A stretch of 64,000 bases of DNA, taken from contig JAHEYG010000004.1 in assembly GCA_023251725.1 (NCBI GenBank), positions 7,066 through 71,065 on the forward strand. Direction: 5' to 3'. Origin of the DNA: Sphingobacteriaceae bacterium (GTDB taxonomy: Bacteria > Bacteroidota > Bacteroidia > B-17B0 > Aurantibacillaceae). The translations under genes and the position numbers were made by a program. Below are positions 26,280 through 35,717 of the stretch, one piece after another (positions within the stretch are counted from its first letter, which is position 1; each line of letters starts with the position of its first letter). Under the pieces are notes generated by a model. It searched no databases. It had not been told where the DNA came from and saw only the letters and a program-made list of their open reading frames with translations.

Positions 26280-26717
26280 ATGTATTTCATTAAAAAAATG
26301 GTATTCACATTAATAGCAGTAGCATTAATAGGATCAGTAAATTTATTTGCACAAAAAGGAGGGCACGGTCATGGTGGTCACGGCGGAATCCGTCACGGCG
26401 GTAAAGTGGCAGTTATAAAAGGAAGTCGGTTCAGACCCGCAAAAATAGTTGTGTGGCATCCGGGTTGGGGACCAAAACGCGCATTTAATCGCCGGTGGAT
26501 ATTTTTTCCTCGTTACAATTTTTATTGGGATAATTGGAGAAACGTATATGTTTACCGCAATGGTACAGTTTGGGTAAATAATTCAACTCCGCCTCCAACA
26601 GTTGTAAATGTTAACATTGATAATGAAAAACATTATGAGTTAAAAGAAAATGAAGATGATACGGATGAAGTTTATTCGAATAACGAATCGCATTCAAAAG
26701 ATTACAAGCCTGAATAA
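26280..26717 (+). CDS. Secreted hypothetical protein with His/Gly-rich N-region and Trp/Arg-rich core
   Basis: Signal peptide, then GGHGHGGHGGIRHGG, then WHPGWGPKRAFNRRWIFFPRYNFYWDNWRN. Confidence 0.65.
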   Translation: MYFIKKMVFTLIAVALIGSVNLFAQKGGHGHGGHGGIRHGGKVAVIKGSRFRPAKIVVWHPGWGPKRAFNRRWIFFPRYNFYWDNWRNVYVYRNGTVWVNNSTPPPTVVNVNIDNEKHYELKENEDDTDEVYSNNESHSKDYKPE

Positions 26718-26835
26718 TTTAATTGGTGAGATAATGAATTTGTGAGGTGGTGAGTTTTTAAAATGATTTGCTATCGAACTATTTAATAATATATAATGTT
26801 GGATTAAATAGAATATTCAATTTTAAATGTACGAA

Positions 26836-26867
26836 ACCCTTTCTGTTCACACGGGAAGGGTTTTTTA
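26836..26867 (+). terminator. Rho-independent terminator
   Basis: accctttc-N10-ggaagggt stem (one G-U pair) followed by T6. Confidence 0.6.
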
Positions 26868-26933
26868 TTTTTATACTATTCCGAAAAAATATTTCATTTA
26901 ATCTCTTATATTTATACTCTTTAAATTTACCTC

Positions 26934-28139
26934 ATGAATCAAGCGTATATCATAAATGGAGTTCGCACGGCCATCGGAAATTTTGGAGGAACACTTTCTG
27001 TTGTTCGCACCGATGATTTAGCAACTATAGTTCTTAAAGAATTAATTAAAAAAAATTCGTCGGTGAACTGGTCGCAAGTAGGCGATGTAATTATGGGATG
27101 CGCTAATCAGGCGGGCGAAGATAATCGTAATGTTGCGCGAATGGCTTTATTATTGGCGGGTTTACCAATTACCGTACCCGGACAAACCGTTAACCGTTTA
27201 TGCGCATCCGGTTTAAGCGCAACCCTTGATGCCGCAAGATATATTCAATTAGCTGAAGCAGATTTAATGATTTCGGGTGGAGTTGAAAATATGACGCGCG
27301 GTCCGTGGGTGATGAGCAAAGCAGGTTCTGCTTATGGAAGAGACCAGCAATTATTTGACAGCAGTTTTGGCTGGCGTTTTATCAATCCTAAGATGAAAGA
27401 AGTTTATGGTGTAGATGCAATGGGAGAAACGGCGGAGAACGTTGCAGAGCTTCATAAAATAAATCGTGATGACCAGGATAAATTTGCTTTATGGAGTCAG
27501 CAAAAAGCGGCGAAGGCTATTTCGAGCGGAAGATTTGAGAAAGAAATTATTAATGTGGAGATTCCGCAAAAAAAAGGGGATGCAATTATTTTTAATAAAG
27601 ATGAATTTGCTAAACCCAATACAACACTCGAAGGATTACAAAAATTAAAAGCGTCTTTCAGAACTAACGGTTCCGTTACCGCGGGTAATGCATCGGGATT
27701 AAACGACGGAGCAGCCGCCATTTTATTAGCATCTGAACAAGGTATAAAAAATAATAATTTAAAACCACTGGCACGAATTGTTTCGAGCAGTGTGGTTGGT
27801 GTGGAGCCAAGATTGATGGGATTAGGCCCGGTTGAAGCAGCTAACCAAGCTTTGAAACGAGCAGGTTTAAGCTGGAAAGACATTGACATTATTGAATTAA
27901 ATGAAGCTTTTGCCGCTCAAAGTTTGGGCTGTACCCGCCAATGGAAACTGGATGATAATGATCCAAGAATTAATCCTAACGGTGGAGCCATAGCTCTCGG
28001 TCATCCTTTAGGAATGAGCGGCGCCCGCATTTTAAATTCGGCTGCAGTTGAATTGCAATTGCAAAATAAAAAATACGCTTTGGTAACAATGTGTATCGGG
28101 GTAGGACAAGGATACGCCGCCATCATCGAAAAATGTTAA
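26934..28139 (+). CDS. Thiolase (acetyl-CoA C-acyltransferase / 3-oxoadipyl-CoA thiolase type)
   Basis: 401-aa ORF with the motifs NRLCASGL (active-site Cys), NEAFAAQ, GGAIALGHPLGMSGAR and CIGVGQG. Confidence 0.9.
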   Translation: MNQAYIINGVRTAIGNFGGTLSVVRTDDLATIVLKELIKKNSSVNWSQVGDVIMGCANQAGEDNRNVARMALLLAGLPITVPGQTVNRLCASGLSATLDAARYIQLAEADLMISGGVENMTRGPWVMSKAGSAYGRDQQLFDSSFGWRFINPKMKEVYGVDAMGETAENVAELHKINRDDQDKFALWSQQKAAKAISSGRFEKEIINVEIPQKKGDAIIFNKDEFAKPNTTLEGLQKLKASFRTNGSVTAGNASGLNDGAAAILLASEQGIKNNNLKPLARIVSSSVVGVEPRLMGLGPVEAANQALKRAGLSWKDIDIIELNEAFAAQSLGCTRQWKLDDNDPRINPNGGAIALGHPLGMSGARILNSAAVELQLQNKKYALVTMCIGVGQGYAAIIEKC

Positions 28140-28217
28140 GATTCTTTTCCCTAAGTATATTTAACAAAAATATATTTTACACCTTCTCAAACCATTTGTT
28201 TCAAGTAAGAAATAGAA

Positions 28218-30326
28218 CTAAGCAATCTTCGACCAGCTTGGTCGGGTTTTTCCGGGTGTAGAAAAATAATTCAACAACACTTTATTTTTTTCAGAAATTA
28301 ATTCAGGGTCTTCATTTAAGATTGCCTGCGCGGCGGTTCTTGCTAATTGTAAAATTTGCCCGTCGGTGGCGAGGTTTGCAATTTTTAAATCCATTATGCC
28401 GCTTTGCATTGTGCCATCAATATCACCGGGGCCGCGCAACTTTAAATCTACTTCGCTAATTTCAAAACCATCGTTGGTTCTTACCATTGTTTCCATTCGT
28501 GTTTTGCTATCTGCTCCTAATTTATAACTCGTTAATAAAATACAATATGATTGTTCGGCACCGCGCCCCACTCTACCGCGCAGCTGATGCAATTGCGATA
28601 AACCAAAACGCTCGGCACTTTCTATAATCATTACACTTGCATTCGGAATATCAACTCCTACTTCAATTACAGTGGTAGCTACCATAATTTGCGTTTCTTT
28701 TTTTATGAAACGTTGCATTTCAAAATCTTTTTGTGCGGCCGGTAATTTTCCGTGAACAATACTAATTTGATATTTCGGCTGCGGAAAATCCAAAACTAAA
28801 TTATCATAACCCTGCTGCAAGTTTTGTAAATCTATTTTTTCACTTTCCTTTATTAAGGGATACACAATATAAATTTGCCGCCCCAAAACAATTTGCTCTC
28901 TTATAAAACCAATTACTCTTAAACGTTGAGTTTCCATATAATGAGAAGTTTTTATCGCTTTTCTTCCCGGCGGCATTTCATCAATAATGGAAGTATCTAA
29001 ATCGCCATAAAAAGTCATTGCTAACGTTCTGGGGATTGGCGTAGCGGTCATAATTAAAATATGCGGCGGTTCTTTCCCTTTATCTCTTAATTTAGCTCTT
29101 TGCGCCACACCAAAACGATGTTGCTCATCTATTACCACAAAACCTAAATTCAAAAATTTTACATGGTCTTCAATTAAAGCATGCGTACCAATTAATATTT
29201 TTATTGTTCCGTTCTCTAATTGTTCCGCAATTTCTTTCCGTTCCTTTTTTGTTGACGAGCCGGTTAATAATGCCACTTTTACATTGAGTGGATCTAAAAA
29301 TTTTGTAAGCGTAACTAAATGCTGATTCGCTAAAATTTCGGTCGGTGCCATTAAGCAAGCCTGGTAATTATTATCGAGCGCTAATAACATACTTAACAGC
29401 GCAACTAATGTTTTCCCGCTTCCAACATCGCCTTGTAATAAACGGTTCATTTGGTGTCCGCTTCCTACATCAGCTCTAATTTCTTTCACCACTCGTTTTT
29501 GCGCACCGGTTAGTTCAAAGGGTAAATATTTATTATAAAATTCATTAAAAATATTTCCCACCTTATTAAATACCGGACCACGAACCGTTTTTACATTAAT
29601 GTGATGCAGTCGTAACAATTTTAACTGCACAAAAAATAATTCTTCAAATTTTAATCTGTATTCGGCTTTTTGCATCAACGAATTACTTTCCGGTAAATGA
29701 ATTTGCTTTAAGGCCTCCGCTTTTCCCAACAATTTAAAATCTGTAATTAATTCGGCCGAAAGGTTTTCTTCAATTGATTTTTCAGTTACTTGTAAGATTA
29801 ATTGCTTTATTAATTTTCGTAATCCTTCGCTATCGAACCCTTTTGTTTTTAACTTTTCTGTTGAATGATAAACGGCTTGAAAAGCAGATTTCCCTTTTAG
29901 ATTATCTGGTGTTGCTAATTCAATTTCGGGATGCGGAATATTGTATTTCCTATTAAACAAAGTGGGCCTTCCGAAAATAATATATTCGGTATTTGTATTT
30001 AATTTATCCGCCATCCAGCGATGCCCCTGAAACCAAACCAATTCAACAGTCCCCGAATTATCTTTAAATTTTGCTACTAATCGTGCGGTGCGTTTTTCTC
30101 CGAGCGTTACAACACTTTCCAACATTCCTCTTAATTGCACATAAGGCATTTCCTCATTAATATCTTTTACCATTTGAAATTTGGTTCGGTCGACATACCG
30201 AAAAGGATAATGCATTATTAAATCGCGAAACGTAAAAACAAAAAGTTCTTTTTTTAGAATATCGGCGCGTTGCGTGCCAATCCCCTTCAAATATTCAATA
30301 GGTGTATCTAAAAAAACAGAGGCCAT
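28218..30326 (-). CDS. recG: ATP-dependent DNA helicase RecG
   Basis: Wedge domain plus SF2 helicase motifs (GDVGSGKT, DEQHRFGV, TATPIPRT, HGKL, QLHQLRGRVGRG). The ATG at 30326 (MASVFLDTPIEYLKGIG) is preferred over the extended track start. Confidence 0.9.
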   Translation of the reverse strand: MASVFLDTPIEYLKGIGTQRADILKKELFVFTFRDLIMHYPFRYVDRTKFQMVKDINEEMPYVQLRGMLESVVTLGEKRTARLVAKFKDNSGTVELVWFQGHRWMADKLNTNTEYIIFGRPTLFNRKYNIPHPEIELATPDNLKGKSAFQAVYHSTEKLKTKGFDSEGLRKLIKQLILQVTEKSIEENLSAELITDFKLLGKAEALKQIHLPESNSLMQKAEYRLKFEELFFVQLKLLRLHHINVKTVRGPVFNKVGNIFNEFYNKYLPFELTGAQKRVVKEIRADVGSGHQMNRLLQGDVGSGKTLVALLSMLLALDNNYQACLMAPTEILANQHLVTLTKFLDPLNVKVALLTGSSTKKERKEIAEQLENGTIKILIGTHALIEDHVKFLNLGFVVIDEQHRFGVAQRAKLRDKGKEPPHILIMTATPIPRTLAMTFYGDLDTSIIDEMPPGRKAIKTSHYMETQRLRVIGFIREQIVLGRQIYIVYPLIKESEKIDLQNLQQGYDNLVLDFPQPKYQISIVHGKLPAAQKDFEMQRFIKKETQIMVATTVIEVGVDIPNASVMIIESAERFGLSQLHQLRGRVGRGAEQSYCILLTSYKLGADSKTRMETMVRTNDGFEISEVDLKLRGPGDIDGTMQSGIMDLKIANLATDGQILQLARTAAQAILNEDPELISEKNKVLLNYFSTPGKTRPSWSKIA

Positions 30327-30406
30327 ATTAATAAAGGCGGTTCTAAAAATTCTGATATCGAGGCAGGACAAACAGCCAATGGTTGTTTGAGCCAGCTTGT
30401 GTGTTT

Positions 30407-30456
30407 GCAAAATTTAAATCTGAGTTTACAAAAGTAAACTCAGATTTAAATTTTGC
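30407..30456. repeat. Perfect 23-bp inverted repeat with 4-nt loop in the divergent recG / 30575 intergenic region
   Basis: gcaaaatttaaatctgagtttac-aaaa-gtaaactcagatttaaattttgc. Confidence 0.9.
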
Positions 30457-30574
30457 CGTTCAACGAAGATAGCAGGATTTTTCGGACCGCCCTTAAAATT
30501 ACTACAAGGCTACTGTTAATACAATTATATTTTTCACAATTATAAACAGTGTTTTTAAAAGTAATTTTGTTATA

Positions 30575-31258
30575 TTGAAATGTATTAGAAATAGTTTTGT
30601 TTTATTATTGCTGATTTTATTTGAAACAAAATCACAAGCACAGCTTTTTGATACTCTTCGTCAACTATTTAAAAATAAATCTACCATCGATCTTCGTTTA
30701 GAATCGCGAAATTCTTTTATCACCAACAATGCAGCATTGGTATCCGGCATACGAATTGGCGTCGATTTCAATCGAAAATTAAGATTTGGCGGTGGCGCAA
30801 GCTGGCTCGACAGCGAAATAAAAGAAAATAATTTTATTTTAAATGAAAATAATGTTTTGGTCAATGTTCCCAAATATTTTAAGTTTACTTATATATGTTA
30901 TTACGCCGATTTTGTTTTTTACAAAACCCAGCGCTGGCAATTGAGCGTTCCTATACAATTGGGCACAGGCATGTCGTGGTTTCAGGATAATACGACTTAT
31001 GATTTGGGTGGACCAGAGACCAAATATTTTTTATTACTATACGAACCGGGAATAACCATTCAATTTAAAATTTTTAAATGGTTTGGTTTGGGCGCAGATG
31101 TAGGTTACCGATTTACTTTAAAAAACAATAATTATGTTGGAGAAAAATTAAACTCACCCACTTATTCTTTTAGAATTTCCTTTTGGCCGGAACAATTATT
31201 TTTCGAATTGTTTCCTAAATCAAAAATCTCTCAAAAATTCGGGCCGGCTTATTGGTAA
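30575..31258 (+). CDS. Hypothetical outer-membrane beta-barrel-like protein
   Basis: TTG start, a signal peptide (VLLLLILFETKSQAQ), an alternating hydrophobic beta-strand pattern, and a C-terminal aromatic residue (AYW). Confidence 0.55.
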   Translation: MKCIRNSFVLLLLILFETKSQAQLFDTLRQLFKNKSTIDLRLESRNSFITNNAALVSGIRIGVDFNRKLRFGGGASWLDSEIKENNFILNENNVLVNVPKYFKFTYICYYADFVFYKTQRWQLSVPIQLGTGMSWFQDNTTYDLGGPETKYFLLLYEPGITIQFKIFKWFGLGADVGYRFTLKNNNYVGEKLNSPTYSFRISFWPEQLFFELFPKSKISQKFGPAYW

Positions 31259-31321
31259 TTAAAAATGAAGAATTAAGTATTGTTATCCAAAATTTTTAAT
31301 TTTTAATTCTCAATTTTTAAT

Positions 31322-31864
31322 TTATTTAGTAAGAGCTGATTTTATTTCTTTGAGAATTTCTCTTGCTTCTTTATCATCTAATTGCATCCCCAATCTTATT
31401 ATTTTTCCCCGACATTCAAATTCTATACGTTCGCCGCCCTTTACCCAAAAACTCTGATTAAAATTATCGGCGAAACTAATGTGGTCCACCTCAATATAAT
31501 CAAATACGGTAATTAAATTAACATCGAACTCTTTTATTTTTCCTTTTCCTGAAACTTCGCGCTGATAATATAATGTTCCGCCACGTATCCATAATTTTTC
31601 TTTCCCAAATTTTTTCCATAAAAAAGCACGGGCAATTTTATATTCGAAATAAAACCAAAACGATAAATACACAATGATAAATGTTTTTGCATCCGCATTG
31701 TTTATTCTAAAATAATTAGCAAATACAATAACGCCACAAATAGTCCACGCAAAGAGCCAGAAAAATAAAATCCACAATTTACGTTTATCAACGGTTGGTA
31801 AAATAACCAGACTAAACACTTTATCGTTCGTAACCGTACTTACTCTTTCGCTTATTATTTTCAT
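31322..31864 (-). CDS. Hypothetical membrane protein (2 TM + soluble C-domain)
   Basis: 180-aa ORF with two hydrophobic helices (WILFFWLFAWTICGVIVFANYF; FIIVYLSFWFYF). Confidence 0.6.
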   Translation of the reverse strand: MKIISERVSTVTNDKVFSLVILPTVDKRKLWILFFWLFAWTICGVIVFANYFRINNADAKTFIIVYLSFWFYFEYKIARAFLWKKFGKEKLWIRGGTLYYQREVSGKGKIKEFDVNLITVFDYIEVDHISFADNFNQSFWVKGGERIEFECRGKIIRLGMQLDDKEAREILKEIKSALTK

Positions 31865-31962
31865 TTAAATACAAATCTATTTATTTTTGTGACTGATAAA
31901 ACTAAATATTTTAATAAATTAGCGCCTATTAATCATTTAATCCTAAAATCCTAGTCCCATTT

Positions 31963-33402
31963 ATGAATAAGCCCCAACGTACTCTAAATTTATTTGACAC
32001 GGTTATGCTGGTGTCGGGCTCCATGATTGGTTCCGGTATTTTTATTGTGAGCGCAGATATGAGCCGGAGTTTGGGCTCGCCATTTTGGTTACTGGTTTGC
32101 TGGATTTTATCGGGACTCATCACTTTATTTGCCGCTTTAAGTTACGGTGAATTGGCGGGTATGATGCCTGAGGCAGGCGGACAATTTGTGTATTTAAAAA
32201 GAGCGTTCGGAAAACTAACTGCCTTTGTTTACGGATGGACGGTTTTTTTGGTGATTCAAACCGGGGTTATTGCTGCTGTAGCAGTGGCCTTTGCTAAATT
32301 TACAGGAGTATTCATTGATTTTTTTGATGAGAAAAATGTGCTGATTGAGATTGGAAAATTTAAAATTACAAGCGCGCAATTATTAGCGATTGCTTCCATT
32401 GCTTTTTTAACCTGGATAAATACGAACGGAATTAAAAACGGAAAAATAATTCAGCGAACTTTTACTTCTGCAAAATTGATTGCGCTTTTTAGTTTAATTA
32501 TTTTGGGAATTTATTTTGGATGCCACACAGATGTGTTTTCTTTGAATTTTTCGGATCCATTTCCTGCTTTTAAAACTGATGTGATTAATAATGTTGTTAC
32601 TACTACGCCACTGGAAGGAATTGCCATTTTTACGGCCTTGGGTGTCGCTATGATTGGTGCTTTATTTAGCAGCGATGCTTGGAATAACGTAACTTTTATT
32701 GCCGGAGAAATTAAAGAACCACAAAAAAATATTCCGCTCGGATTATTTATTGGAACGAGTTTAGTAACTATTATTTATGTTTTAGCCAATCTGGCTTATT
32801 TAATGTTGCTTCCGGTTAAAGGCGATCCAAATTCGCACGAGGTAATGGCGCAAGGATTAATGTTTGCACAAAACGATCGTGTGGGAACCGCCGCCTTGTT
32901 TGTTGTTTTTGGAAATGTTTCGAAATACATTATGGCGGCTTTAATTATGGTTTCTACTTTTGGCTGCAACAACGGATTAATTTTAGCCGGCGCTCGCTTA
33001 TTTCAATCAATGGCGGCCGACGGATTATTTTTTAGTAAAGCAAAAGAATTAAACGAACATAGCGTTCCCGGAAAGGCATTAATTTTTCAGGCAATTTGGG
33101 CGAGTGTATTATGTTTAAGCGGTTCTTATGGCGATTTGTTAGATTACGCTACGTTTGCTTCATTGGTATTTTACATCATCACTATTTCCGGAATATTTAT
33201 TTTAAGAAAAAAAGAACCCGATACTCCTCGTCCGTATAAAGCGTTTGGTTATCCATTTATTCCGCTTATTTATATTTTGTTGGCCGGATTTATTTGCATT
33301 GATTTATTATTTTATAAAACTTTTAATACCGGCATGGGTGTGCTGATGATTTTATTGGGAATTCCGGTGTATTATTTGTTTAACCGGAAAACAAAAGTGT
33401 AA
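31963..33402 (+). CDS. APC-family amino acid permease
   Basis: 479-aa polytopic protein. The N-terminal pattern LFDTVMLVSGSMIGSGIF is typical of APC transporters. Confidence 0.85.
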   Translation: MNKPQRTLNLFDTVMLVSGSMIGSGIFIVSADMSRSLGSPFWLLVCWILSGLITLFAALSYGELAGMMPEAGGQFVYLKRAFGKLTAFVYGWTVFLVIQTGVIAAVAVAFAKFTGVFIDFFDEKNVLIEIGKFKITSAQLLAIASIAFLTWINTNGIKNGKIIQRTFTSAKLIALFSLIILGIYFGCHTDVFSLNFSDPFPAFKTDVINNVVTTTPLEGIAIFTALGVAMIGALFSSDAWNNVTFIAGEIKEPQKNIPLGLFIGTSLVTIIYVLANLAYLMLLPVKGDPNSHEVMAQGLMFAQNDRVGTAALFVVFGNVSKYIMAALIMVSTFGCNNGLILAGARLFQSMAADGLFFSKAKELNEHSVPGKALIFQAIWASVLCLSGSYGDLLDYATFASLVFYIITISGIFILRKKEPDTPRPYKAFGYPFIPLIYILLAGFICIDLLFYKTFNTGMGVLMILLGIPVYYLFNRKTKV

Positions 33403-34298
33403 TGAATTTTTTGCATCAGTTTTTAAGCGCCTGTTTCGGCTTTAATAAACAACAGCGCAATGGATTGCTGGTTTTGTGTTTAATAATTATTATTTTGTTT
33501 ATTGTGAGAATGAGTCTCACCGTTTTTATTAAGCCCGCTCCATTGTTAATGGCCGATTTCAGCCATATTCAATTTAAAGAAAATTTAATAAGTGCGGCAG
33601 ATTCTTCCAATGAAAAAACGAAGACAGCAGGCGCTTTATTTGTTTTTAACCCGAATACGGTTTCAAAAGAGCAATTAATATTATTGGGATTTAAAGAAAA
33701 AGCAGCTAACACATTTATTAATTATCGTAACAAGGGCGCACAATTTCATAAAAAAGAAGATTTAAAAAAAGTGTACGGTATTTCTGAAAAACTTTACAAT
33801 TCATTGTCGCCTTATATTTTTATTGAAAGTGCAAATGAAAATAAAAAACAACAAGATAAAACAGAAAACAAAACCGAAATAAAAAACACTAAACCCGAAA
33901 TAAATATCATTGAATTAAACTCTGCCGATAGCATATCATTATTATCCTTAAAAGGAATTGGTCCGGGTTTTACCAAACGAATTTTAAAGTACAGAAATTC
34001 GTTGGGAGGTTTTTACAGTGTAAATCAGTTAAGCGAAGTTTACGGTATGGATGACGCGTTATTTCAATCCATAAAAAATAACGTGAGTGTAAATGCAGGC
34101 AACATCACCAAATTAAATATTAATAACGAAAACTTTAAAGAGTTAAATAAACACCCTTACTTGGGTTACGAAAATGTAAAAGCTATTTTTAATTACAGAA
34201 GAAAAAACGGTTCAATTTATTCGATGGCGCAGTTAAAAGAAATAATAATTGACGAGGAAGTGATAAAGAAATTAACACCGTATTTATCTTTAGAATAA
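33402..34298 (+). CDS. ComEA-like helix-hairpin-helix DNA-binding protein
   Basis: N-terminal TM plus two HhH modules (LLSLKGIGPGFTKRILKYRNSLGGFYSVNQLSEVYGM). Its start overlaps the permease stop (TAATG). Confidence 0.75.
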   Translation: MNFLHQFLSACFGFNKQQRNGLLVLCLIIIILFIVRMSLTVFIKPAPLLMADFSHIQFKENLISAADSSNEKTKTAGALFVFNPNTVSKEQLILLGFKEKAANTFINYRNKGAQFHKKEDLKKVYGISEKLYNSLSPYIFIESANENKKQQDKTENKTEIKNTKPEINIIELNSADSISLLSLKGIGPGFTKRILKYRNSLGGFYSVNQLSEVYGMDDALFQSIKNNVSVNAGNITKLNINNENFKELNKHPYLGYENVKAIFNYRRKNGSIYSMAQLKEIIIDEEVIKKLTPYLSLE

Positions 34299-34419
34299 AA
34301 AAAAGAGAACCATTTCTGATTCTCCTAATAAAAAATAGTATTAAAAATTAAAAACTTATTCTTTCAAATCTCTCACACCTGCAGATTGTTCGCTTTGCTC
34401 ACAATGACACACGAAAGAT

Positions 34420-35358
34420 TTACGAAACTTTTAACTCACTCAACACTTTATTCATGGCGCGAACGGCATCCGCACTTTTTACAAAAGCTGCTTTCTCTTC
34501 GTCATTCAAATTAAAATCAACAATTTTTTCCCAACCGTTTTTTCCAATCACAACCGGCACGCCGATACAAATATCTTTTTGTCCGTATTCGCCATCCAAG
34601 GCAACACAGCAAGTGTATAATTTTTTATGATCGTTAACAATGCTGTCAACCAACGCGGCAACAGAAGCTCCGGGCGCATACCACGCCGAGGTTCCTAACA
34701 TTCCTGTTAAAGTGGCTCCTCCTACCATTGTATCAGCCGAAACTTTTTTTAATCTTTCGGCATCCATGTAATTCGAAACCGGAGTTCCGTTATAAGTTGC
34801 TAAACGTGTTAAAGGAATCATAGTGGTGTCGCCGTGACCGCCAATTACGTAACCCTGCACATCGGTAGCAGGCGCATTTAAGGCTTGAGATAAATAACAT
34901 TTAAAACGTGAGCTGTCTAAAATTCCGCCCATTCCTATAATTCTGTTTTTTGGTAATTTACTTTCTTTTAATGCTAAGTAAGTCATTGTATCCATCGGAT
35001 TACTTACAATAACAATAATTGCCTCAGGAGAATGTTTCAAAACATTTTCGGTAACATTTTTTACAATGCCAGCATTAATGCCAATTAATTCTTCGCGGGT
35101 CATGCCGGGTTTACGCGGAATACCACTGGTAATTACTACTACTTTGCTTCCTGCGGTTTTGCTGTAATCGCTCGTGCTGCCGCTAATGCGTGTATTGAAA
35201 CCATTTAAGGTTGCAGTTTGCATTAAGTCTAAAGCCTTTCCTTCGGCAAAATTTTCTTTAATATCTAAAATTACTACTTCGCTCGCAATGCGATTTAAAG
35301 CAATGTATTCTGCACAAGTTGCGCCAACATTTCCGGCGCCGATAATTGAAACTTTCAT
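34420..35358 (-). CDS. mdh: Malate dehydrogenase (LDH-like MDH)
   Basis: MKVSIIGAGNVGATCA..., ITSGIPRKPGMTREELI, GGHGDTMIP-type motifs. 312 aa. Confidence 0.9.
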   Translation of the reverse strand: MKVSIIGAGNVGATCAEYIALNRIASEVVILDIKENFAEGKALDLMQTATLNGFNTRISGSTSDYSKTAGSKVVVITSGIPRKPGMTREELIGINAGIVKNVTENVLKHSPEAIIVIVSNPMDTMTYLALKESKLPKNRIIGMGGILDSSRFKCYLSQALNAPATDVQGYVIGGHGDTTMIPLTRLATYNGTPVSNYMDAERLKKVSADTMVGGATLTGMLGTSAWYAPGASVAALVDSIVNDHKKLYTCCVALDGEYGQKDICIGVPVVIGKNGWEKIVDFNLNDEEKAAFVKSADAVRAMNKVLSELKVS

Positions 35359-35425
35359 AATTATTGGTTTTAAATTTTGTTTAAATATAAAGTATTTGAG
35401 GAACTAAGAAAATTATTTCGGAAAA

Positions 35426-35641
35426 TTATTTTTTTACCTCTTCGTAATCAACATATTCCCCCGCATCGGGTTTTAATTCGCCTTTTTTGGGAGAAGATTG
35501 AAAATTACTTTCGCTATTAAAATTTTGTTGATTGGTAGAACCGCTTCGTACTTTTTTTGCAGAGGAATTAATTTTTTTGAAAGCATCCACCACTCTCCAA
35601 ACCACCCAAAGAATAATTATAGTCCAGATTATATCTCTCAT
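35426..35641 (-). CDS. DUF4834-like small membrane protein
   Basis: MRDIIWTIIILWVVWRVVDAFKK... ending GEYVDYEEVKK. The internal ATG at 35641 is preferred. Confidence 0.55.
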   Translation of the reverse strand: MRDIIWTIIILWVVWRVVDAFKKINSSAKKVRSGSTNQQNFNSESNFQSSPKKGELKPDAGEYVDYEEVKK

Positions 35642-35717
35642 TTGTATCGCTTTTACAAGACAAATATCCGAAAAATTAGGATACAAAAAGCGTTAATTTT
35701 GACTAAAATCCAGTGAA

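Noticed and set aside
26768-27016. 82-aa ORF overlapping the terminator and the thiolase start
   Set aside because: It spans a terminator hairpin and the promoter region, runs into the thiolase gene in another frame, and has an AT-rich junk-like translation.
28218-30410. Extended recG start at 30410
   Set aside because: The extension (MQTHKLAQTTIGCLSCLDIRIFRTAFIN) begins inside the perfect 23-bp palindrome and is not RecG-like. The ATG at 30326 gives the canonical N-terminus.
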